Of a DNA stretch of 32,000 bases, positions 9,132 through 15,290 are shown piece after piece. Positions within the stretch are counted from its first letter, which is position 1. Each line of letters starts with the position of its first letter. This DNA comes from Paracoccus suum. Lineage in GTDB: Bacteria > Pseudomonadota > Alphaproteobacteria > Rhodobacterales > Rhodobacteraceae. The DNA lies in the NCBI RefSeq assembly GCF_003324675.1, contig NZ_CP030918.1:1560001-1592000 (forward strand), in the 5' to 3' direction. The notes beneath the pieces were generated by a model that had not been told where the DNA came from, did not search any database, and worked only from the letters and a program-made list of their open reading frames with translations. The position numbers were made by a program, and so were the translations under genes.

Positions 9132-10096
9132 ACTGGCGCGCGCTCCACTCGCTCGGCCCTGTCATCGCGCTGATCGCGCTGGTCATCATCGGCTACGCCT
9201 TGAATCCGGCTTTTCTGGCGCCGGGCAACGTCGTCAACGTCCTGGCACGCTCGGCCTTTACCGGGTTGATCGCGGTCGGCATGACCTTTGTAATCACGTC
9301 GGGCGGGCTGGATCTGTCGGTCGGCGCCATGGCGGCCTTTCTTGCCGGAATGGCAATCCTTGCCATGAATGCGCTGGCGCCGGTCACCGGGGTGAACTGG
9401 GGCACCGTGTTGCTCGGCATGTGCACGGCCCTGCTGGGCGGTCTGGTCGCCGGACTGATCAACGGGTTGCTGGTCACGCGCGCGGGGATCGAGCCGTTCA
9501 TCGTCACCCTCGGGACCATGGGCATCTTTCGCAGCCTCGTCACCTGGATCGCCGACGGCGGCACGCTCAGCCTAGATTCACAACTGCGCACGCTCTACCG
9601 GCCGGTCTATTACTCCGGCATCGGACCGGTCAGCTGGCCGATCATTGTCTTTGCCCTGGTCGCGGTTGGCGGCCATGTCCTGATGCGTCACACCCGCTTT
9701 GGCCGCCACGTCGAGGCCATTGGCAGCAACGAGCGCGTCGCCCGTTATTCCTCGGTCGACGTCGGGCGGGTGCAGCTGATGACCTATGTGCTGCTCGGCC
9801 TGCTGGTGGGGCTCGCGACGGTGATCTATGTCCCGCGCCTCGGCTCGGCCTCAGGCAGCACCGGCATCGGCTGGGAGCTGGAGGCGATTGCCGCTGTCAT
9901 CATCGGGGGCACTGCGCTGAAGGGTGGGCACGGCGTTGTCTGGGGCACTGTCGTCGGCGTCCTGATCCTGTCGCTGATCGACAACATCCTGAATCTGGCG
10001 GATCTGGTCAGCCCCTATCTGAACGGGGCGATCCAGGGCGTCATCATCGTTCTCGCTGTGATCCTGCAGCGGGACAAGCGCGCCGCGCGGGACTGA
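9128..10096 (+). CDS. Sugar ABC transporter permease (RbsC/branched-type family)
   Basis: ATGA overlap at 9128-9131. Multi-span hydrophobic protein with an RbsC-like core (TFVITSGGLDLSVGAM; IGGTALKGGHG). Confidence 0.9.
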   Translation: MNWRALHSLGPVIALIALVIIGYALNPAFLAPGNVVNVLARSAFTGLIAVGMTFVITSGGLDLSVGAMAAFLAGMAILAMNALAPVTGVNWGTVLLGMCTALLGGLVAGLINGLLVTRAGIEPFIVTLGTMGIFRSLVTWIADGGTLSLDSQLRTLYRPVYYSGIGPVSWPIIVFALVAVGGHVLMRHTRFGRHVEAIGSNERVARYSSVDVGRVQLMTYVLLGLLVGLATVIYVPRLGSASGSTGIGWELEAIAAVIIGGTALKGGHGVVWGTVVGVLILSLIDNILNLADLVSPYLNGAIQGVIIVLAVILQRDKRAARD

Positions 10097-10126
10097 CCCG
10101 CGGCAACCCTTGGGGAGGGAGAGCAC

Positions 10127-11116
10127 ATGCTTCGCAGGAATATTCTGGTCGCGCCGCTGGCGGTCGCGGCAGTCGCAACGCTCGGCAGGGCTGGCAAGGC
10201 CGCGGCGCAGGACGCAGCACCCGGTGGCGCGACCAGCGGCAAGGCCGTGATCGGCGTCGCCATTCCGTCGGCGACCCACGGCTTCATGGGCGGCCTGAAC
10301 TGGCACGCCCAGCAGACGATCGAGCGGCTGTCCAAGGTCTATCCCGACCTGACCTTCGTTCTTTCCACCGCGGGCGACGCTGGCAAGCAAGTCAATGACA
10401 TCGAAGACATGATGGCGACCCGCAACATCGACGGCCTTGTCGTGCTGCCGTTCGAATCCGAGCCGCTGACCGGCCCGGTCAAGGCCGTCAAGGACGCCGG
10501 GAAATGGGTCACGGTGGTCGACCGGGGCCTGTCCGAGGAGGGGATCGAGGATCTTTACGTCGCCGGCGACAACACAGCCTTCGGCAGGGTCGCGGGCGAG
10601 TATTTCAAGAACAACCTCAAGCCCGGCTCGAAGTTGGTGGTATTGCGCGGCCTGCCGACGACCCTCGACAACGAGCGGGTCGATGCGTTCCAGAAGGCGC
10701 TCGAGGGCGGCCAGGTCGAGGTGCTGGATATGCAGCACGGCAACTGGAACCGCGACGATGCCTTTAAGGTGATGCAGGACTACCTGACCAAGTATCCGCA
10801 GATCGATGCCGTATGGGCAGCGGACGACGATATGGCCATGGGCGTTCTGGAGGCGATCTCGGCCGCGGGCCGCGACGGCAAGATGGTGGTCGTCGGCGGC
10901 GCTGGCATGAAGGACATCGTCAAGCGGATCATGGATAAAGACCCGGCCCTGCCGGTCGACGTGACCTACCCGCCGGGGCTGATCTCGGCCGCGATCGAGA
11001 TGACTGCGCTGCACTTCACCTCTACCGCCCCGGTCATGGGCCGCTTCATCATCGGCAGCCAGCTGATCACCCCGGAGAACGCGGCGCAGTTCTACTTCCC
11101 CGACAGCCCGTTCTAA
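10127..11116 (+). CDS. Sugar ABC transporter periplasmic substrate-binding protein (RbsB-like)
   Basis: GGGGAGGGAGAG lies upstream of the ATG at 10127. Signal-peptide-like N-terminus (MLRRNILVAPLAVAAVATLG). The body resembles periplasmic sugar-binding proteins (VIGVAIPSATHGFMGG...VVLPFES...VTVVDRG). Confidence 0.85.
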   Translation: MLRRNILVAPLAVAAVATLGRAGKAAAQDAAPGGATSGKAVIGVAIPSATHGFMGGLNWHAQQTIERLSKVYPDLTFVLSTAGDAGKQVNDIEDMMATRNIDGLVVLPFESEPLTGPVKAVKDAGKWVTVVDRGLSEEGIEDLYVAGDNTAFGRVAGEYFKNNLKPGSKLVVLRGLPTTLDNERVDAFQKALEGGQVEVLDMQHGNWNRDDAFKVMQDYLTKYPQIDAVWAADDDMAMGVLEAISAAGRDGKMVVVGGAGMKDIVKRIMDKDPALPVDVTYPPGLISAAIEMTALHFTSTAPVMGRFIIGSQLITPENAAQFYFPDSPF

Positions 11117-11129
11117 GCCGGACAAGCGT

Positions 11130-11160
11130 GGGCCGCGCGCAAGGCGCGGTCCCGCCTTTT
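11130..11160 (+). terminator. Rho-independent terminator after the sugar ABC operon
   Basis: GGGCCGCGC-gcaag-GCGCGG(t)CCC: a 9-bp GC stem with one bulge, followed by gccTTTT. Starts 14 nt after the stop at 11116. Confidence 0.6.
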
Positions 11161-11180
11161 GACTTGGGTGTTGAACAAGG

Positions 11181-11220
11181 GAACGCCGCCGGAGCCTGTG
11201 GGCTCGGCGGCGTTCGTTTT
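11181..11220. terminator. Second strong hairpin terminator, possibly bidirectional
   Basis: GAACGCCGCC(g)GAGCC-tgtg-GGCTCGGCGGCGTTC: a 15-bp stem with one bulge, followed by GTTTT on the + strand. On the - strand it is followed by a weaker CCTTGTT. It lies between the convergent genes ending at 11116 (+) and 11326 (-). Confidence 0.6.
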
Positions 11221-11325
11221 CAGTCGCTTGCTCGGCCTATCCGATCTGCAACCTAAGTTGCGTCGGTTGGACCGACGGCCTCACCCTGTGCGCGGATGAA
11301 GCTGACCGCAAGCGGCGACCGTCAA

Positions 11326-11841
11326 TTACTCCGACTTGCGTGCCTTGCGCTTGGTGGCGGCGCCCTCGACCGGGTTCTCGCGAAGATAGCCGCGGACGAT
11401 GCGGCCGATCTGGTTCACGACCTTGGTCGCGCGCCCGCCCATGGGCTTGGGCCGATCGGCCATCTTTGCGGCGATGCCAGACAGGATCGCGTCCGTCCGC
11501 TCCAGCGCGCTCCTGCCGGCGGGGGTCAGCTGCGCGGTTTCCGGCTTTTCGGCCATCGTCACGAGGCCGAGGTCGGCCAGCGCGGCGAACATGGTGGCCT
11601 CGCGGCGCGGGCCGAGGGTCTGGCCGCCAGCGCCGGCATCGGCGAGCCCACGCAGGGCAGCCAGATGCTCCAGCGTCATGCGGGGCACGACCTGGCGCAG
11701 GCCCTTTTGCAGCGCGTCGGCCAGCGAGCGAGCGCTGATCGCCATGTCCAGCAGCGCGGCACCGTCCAGCGGCGCGGGCGGCGCCTTGGGCTCGGTGCCC
11801 ACAGTGGTTTCGCTCTGGGTCTTGATGTCGAAGTCACTCAT
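11326..11841 (-). CDS. Small (171 aa) degenerate MarR/winged-helix-like protein, a paralogue of the gene at 19328-20008. Function unknown.
   Basis: Start re-assigned to the ATG at 11841 (MSDFDIKTQ...), preceded by GGAGAG. The longer track ORF (to 11973) would overlap the GT4 gene. The segment MTLEHLAALRGLADAG...LADLGLVTMAEKPETAQLTPAGRSALE aligns by eye with LTLSQYAALEAINRAG...LESLGLVAFEGMEAGKRGVEVTATPAGAAHLD of the upstream regulator. Basic C-terminal tail ATKRKARKSE. Confidence 0.5.
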   Translation of the reverse strand: MSDFDIKTQSETTVGTEPKAPPAPLDGAALLDMAISARSLADALQKGLRQVVPRMTLEHLAALRGLADAGAGGQTLGPRREATMFAALADLGLVTMAEKPETAQLTPAGRSALERTDAILSGIAAKMADRPKPMGGRATKVVNQIGRIVRGYLRENPVEGAATKRKARKSE

Positions 11842-11860
11842 CACGGCTCTCCTCTGGAGG

Positions 11861-11885
11861 GTGCAGCCATCGGTCACGGCTGCAC
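11861..11885. repeat. Perfect 8-bp inverted repeat GTGCAGCC-N9-GGCTGCAC, about 20 nt upstream of the ATG at 11841
   Basis: Read directly: arms at 11861-11868 and 11878-11885. A second, weaker inverted repeat CCGCAG-N14-CTGCGG lies at 11895-11920. Both are in the 95-nt gap between the GT4 stop and the small winged-helix-like gene. Confidence 0.5.
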
Positions 11886-11936
11886 GAATAAATCCCGCAG
11901 CAGAGTCTGCCCAACTGCGGAATAAGTCAAGTCCGT

Positions 11937-13184
11937 TTACTCGCGGAGTGTAATCCCGCAAGCGCTCGCCCATTCATTAAGTACCTGATCGAGGCTTGCT
12001 GGCGGTGGGACTGCCGCGGCCAAGGCCGCCCAGCGCGCACCGTCGCCGGCGAGCGTGGCGATCAGACTCGCCAAGGCGCCGGCATCTCCGACCGGGAACT
12101 GCAGCCCCCAGCCAGCGGTCTTTTCCGCCATCCCGCCGATATCCGAGGCGATAACCGGGCGCCGTGCCGCGCGCGCCTCGTCGATCACCACGGGGGCGTT
12201 TTCCCACCAGGTCGAGGGCACGATCACCCAGCCCTGCCGCGCCATGCGTGCGGTCGCCTCTGCCGGGCGGTAGCGCCCGCGCAGGGCCAGCGTCGGCGGG
12301 ACGGAAAATCCCGGCAGGGCGCGGGCAAAGCCGGCGGCATCGACGCCATGCGCCTCGATCGTCACCTGGCCGGCGGCAGGGTCGACGGCCAGCCGGGCCG
12401 CCGCGTTCGCCAACACGTCGAGGCCTTTGGTCGGCGTGGCATTGCCGAAAAACGCAAAGCGGCGCGACAGGGCGTCCGCCTCTGCGCCTTGCGGGATCGG
12501 CGCGGGGTGGGGCGCGCCGTCGGACGGCAAGCCATTCTCGATCACCTGGATGCGGCCGGCCGGCACGCCCCAGTCCTCGTACCGACCGGCCAGAAAGCGG
12601 CTGGGCGCGATCAGCACGTCCATCAGCCCCAGCACCTCGAGCATCCGCGCCCGGCGGATGGCGAAGGACAGAGGGGCATGGGCCGGCAGGCAAGCTGCGC
12701 AATCGAGGGGCGTTGCCGCATCGCAGAGGCCGCCGTCTGCGCGCACCATTTGGCCCCAGAGGGCGCAGATCGGCGCCATCTCGTGCAGGGTCAGAACCAG
12801 GCGTGCCTGCGGCCGCTGCACGCGCAGGCGGCGGATCACCCCGGCGCCGATGTTCCAGACATGGTGAAAATGATAGATCCCGGCGTCAAACCGCAGGATC
12901 GTCGCCAGCAGACGATCCTCGGCAGCGGCGTCGGGCTGCTCCATCAGGAACGGGTCCATCGCGCCGGTGCGCAGGGCCAGATCGCGCGGGTCAAAGGCGG
13001 TCACGTCGCCCATCGTGCCGCCGAGACGCAGGCCATCGTCCCCCGCGACTACTCCGAGGAACCAGGCGTCAACGCCGCGCGCGCGCAGCCGGTCGAACTG
13101 GCGCCAAGCCGCGATCTCGCCGCCGCCAGCGCGCAGGCGGGGGTGGGAATGGGCGATGATGGCGACGCGCGGGGCCGTGGTCAT
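11937..13184 (-). CDS. Glycosyltransferase, family 4 type (GT-B fold, retaining)
   Basis: 415 aa. N-terminal VAIIAHSHPRLRAGGGE. C-terminal E-x7-E motif in WWENAPVVIDEARAARRPVIASDIGGMAEK. The ATG at 13184 overlaps the upstream stop (ATGA, 13181-13184). Confidence 0.85.
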   Translation of the reverse strand: MTTAPRVAIIAHSHPRLRAGGGEIAAWRQFDRLRARGVDAWFLGVVAGDDGLRLGGTMGDVTAFDPRDLALRTGAMDPFLMEQPDAAAEDRLLATILRFDAGIYHFHHVWNIGAGVIRRLRVQRPQARLVLTLHEMAPICALWGQMVRADGGLCDAATPLDCAACLPAHAPLSFAIRRARMLEVLGLMDVLIAPSRFLAGRYEDWGVPAGRIQVIENGLPSDGAPHPAPIPQGAEADALSRRFAFFGNATPTKGLDVLANAAARLAVDPAAGQVTIEAHGVDAAGFARALPGFSVPPTLALRGRYRPAEATARMARQGWVIVPSTWWENAPVVIDEARAARRPVIASDIGGMAEKTAGWGLQFPVGDAGALASLIATLAGDGARWAALAAAVPPPASLDQVLNEWASACGITLRE

Positions 13185-14674
13185 GGCGCGGCCTGCAGGG
13201 CGGCGTCGATGCGGGCCGCCGCAATGCCGGAATAGCGCCCGGGCCAGAACTCCGTCGTCGCGGCCGTGGCAATCTCAAGACGGCCTGCAGCGGCCAGCGA
13301 AGTTGCGGCGATGGCGAGGCTGCCTTCGGCGGAAAGAAGGCCGCGCGGAAGGGCGGCGAGCGCGGGGCCGAGCAGGTCGGAGGACAGGCGCAGCGTGAAG
13401 GGCAGCCCGGCGAGGTCAGCCGCGCGCAACTCGGTCTCCGCTGACAGGGCGCCGAGCGGGTTGTGGACTAGCGCCGCCGCCATGTTCGGTGCGGCTGGCG
13501 GCAGACCAAGCTGGAACAGCGCGGCGGCGCTGCCGGCGGCGACCTCGGTCCCCGGGGGCAGGTGCAGGTCTGGCAGGTCCGCGGCAGCGCAGGGTGGGGT
13601 CAGCGTACCGTCGCCGCGCCCCTCGGCCAAGGCGGCGCGCAAAGCGGCGGCTGCGGCGGCCGGCAGTGCATCCGACAGCGGAACGACCGTGACGGGCGGC
13701 GGAAGGTGCGGTAACAGCCAGCGCGGGATGTCTCGCAACTCGCGCGGTTCCGTGTCGGGGATCAGCAGCAGCGCGCTGCCGGCGCGGGTGTCGGTGACTT
13801 GGGGCAGCGGCGCCAACTCACGGCCAGGGCGCGGCGCGAGTCGGGCCAGCAGCGCCCGCGCGGCATCCCGCGGAAGACCGCGCAGGCCGGCAGCGAGCGA
13901 GGCGGTGACGACCGTCCCTGGCGCGCGCACCAGCGGGGTCGTCATCAGGCCAAAGCCGTGCGCCCCGTCGCGCGGCAGCAGGATCAGTTGCGCCGGGCGA
14001 TTATTTGCAGAGGGCAGGCGAAACACGGCCTGGTACCCGTCCGCGCCAGTGAGGGAGTAGCGCTCGCCATAGCCGGCGAGATCTGCCCGCTCGATGGAGC
14101 CGGTGTTGATTGCGACAGGGACCAGCGAAGTGCCATCGCCGACCAGCCCGACCAAGGGCGCGTCGGCCGCGTCATCGGTCAGCACCCAGCCGAGGACAAA
14201 GCCGTGCCCGCCGGGCGCAACCATCGCCTTGTCTGCGGCGGCGGCGATGCGGGTGTAATGCGCGGGCAGGGGCGCCGCCGTGGCCCGCGTACGGTCCACC
14301 AACCGGGCCACAGCGTCGGCCGGCAGCGGCCCGATCTGGCCCATGGCAATGGCGCGCAGCAGGGCGGCAAAGGTTTCGTCGAGGCAGGCGGAGATCAGTG
14401 CGTTGGCGCCGTCGGCTATTGCCTCGGCGTCCAGCACAGTGCGCGTATCGCCGGCCAGCAGCGCCGCGGGCATGCTACCCGGGGAGGCCACGGCCAGAAT
14501 GCCTAGCGCGGCCTCCGTGCCCAGATCGCCGCGGGCAAAGCGCGCGAGCACCGTCACGGGCTGACGCTTCCCCTCGGCGTCCTCGACTTGCAGGTTCAGA
14601 GGGCCGGCCTCAGCGTCCCAGCCGGCCAACACCAGCCGGCCGGCGTCATCGAGAAAGCCGAAATCGAGGTTCAT
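13181..14674 (-). CDS. Hypothetical protein, 497 aa, no family recognised. Contains two similar GW...R-x-DL modules.
   Basis: Track ORF is 13181-14917. Preferred start is the ATG at 14674 (MNLDFGFLDD...), preceded by GGGGG 8 nt upstream. An alternative TTG at 14743 sits 1 nt after the upstream stop. Same orientation as, and stop-start overlap with, the GT4 gene. No obvious signal peptide or long hydrophobic segment by eye. Confidence 0.7.
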   Translation of the reverse strand: MNLDFGFLDDAGRLVLAGWDAEAGPLNLQVEDAEGKRQPVTVLARFARGDLGTEAALGILAVASPGSMPAALLAGDTRTVLDAEAIADGANALISACLDETFAALLRAIAMGQIGPLPADAVARLVDRTRATAAPLPAHYTRIAAAADKAMVAPGGHGFVLGWVLTDDAADAPLVGLVGDGTSLVPVAINTGSIERADLAGYGERYSLTGADGYQAVFRLPSANNRPAQLILLPRDGAHGFGLMTTPLVRAPGTVVTASLAAGLRGLPRDAARALLARLAPRPGRELAPLPQVTDTRAGSALLLIPDTEPRELRDIPRWLLPHLPPPVTVVPLSDALPAAAAAALRAALAEGRGDGTLTPPCAAADLPDLHLPPGTEVAAGSAAALFQLGLPPAAPNMAAALVHNPLGALSAETELRAADLAGLPFTLRLSSDLLGPALAALPRGLLSAEGSLAIAATSLAAAGRLEIATAATTEFWPGRYSGIAAARIDAALQAAP

Positions 14675-14744
14675 CCGCCCAACCCCCAGGCGAGGTGGGA
14701 GAGTCCCCCATCCGGCTGGTGCCGGCGGCAGGGCGGGGCGCAAG

Positions 14745-15290
14745 TCAGACCGGCACCAGTGCCAGTTGGCGCAGCGTGATCTCGGCCGGCGGGCGGCGCA
14801 GCAGGACCACAATCTTGCGCGGGCGGCTGTCGTCCGGATCAAGCGGGACCTCGGCGACGGAAATCCCCCGGCCATCAAGCCGCCAGCTTTGCGGCGGCTG
14901 GTCCAGCCCGGTGCCATCGGCCTCTATGATACGCACGAATACCTCGGCGGCGATGGCGCGTTCGGCCAGCATCTCAGCCTCGATCACGCAGCGATCGGCA
15001 GTCGAGCCGGTTGGCAGCCAGCCCTCGAGGCTGAGCCAGTCAGGGAAATCGCTGTCGAGCGCGACCGCCGCCTGTTGCGGTCGCAGCGAGCGGACCTGCG
15101 CCCGTGCGCCCTGGGGCACACAGACGGCGAACCGCTCGCCCAAGTCGTGATAGCCGGTGATTTCGACCCCCGTCCCGGGCGCGGTTTCGTCCAGCGCCTC
15201 GGAAAGCAGGTCGATGCGCACATTGGTCAGGGTCGCCAGCAGGCGCGCGGCGGTGCGGTAGGCAGAGAGGGCGTCAGCCGTGAGGGTCAT
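14745..15290 (-). CDS. Hypothetical protein, 181 aa, no family recognised
   Basis: The ATG at 15290 overlaps the stop of the GT fusion gene (ATGA, 15287-15290). The amino-acid composition looks like the neighbouring real genes, not the Arg/Pro-rich shadow ORFs. No hydrophobic segment. Confidence 0.7.
   Translation of the reverse strand: MTLTADALSAYRTAARLLATLTNVRIDLLSEALDETAPGTGVEITGYHDLGERFAVCVPQGARAQVRSLRPQQAAVALDSDFPDWLSLEGWLPTGSTADRCVIEAEMLAERAIAAEVFVRIIEADGTGLDQPPQSWRLDGRGISVAEVPLDPDDSRPRKIVVLLRRPPAEITLRQLALVPV

Noticed and set aside
9851-11125. 424-aa minus-strand ORF; also 5369-6442 (-), 7470-8465 (-), 9109-10398 (+) and 2417-3496 (+)
   Set aside because: All overlap well-supported transporter or enzyme genes on the opposite strand or in another frame, and none has a recognisable motif.
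12164-13398. Plus-strand ORFs of 331, 295, 146 and 143 aa opposite the GT4 gene, and plus-strand ORFs of 264, 235 and 346 aa over 13266-15150
   Set aside because: They are antisense or out of frame relative to genes with motifs or translational coupling. Their extreme Arg/Pro/Ser bias is typical of non-coding frames in GC-rich DNA.
14675-14744. Possible programmed frameshift or alternative TTG start (14743) joining the 181-aa and 497-aa ORFs
   Set aside because: The TTG has no Shine-Dalgarno-like sequence and would add a Pro/Ala/Gly-rich leader. The ATG at 14674 has GGGGG 8 nt upstream. No slippery heptamer is evident, so the 70-nt gap is kept as intergenic.
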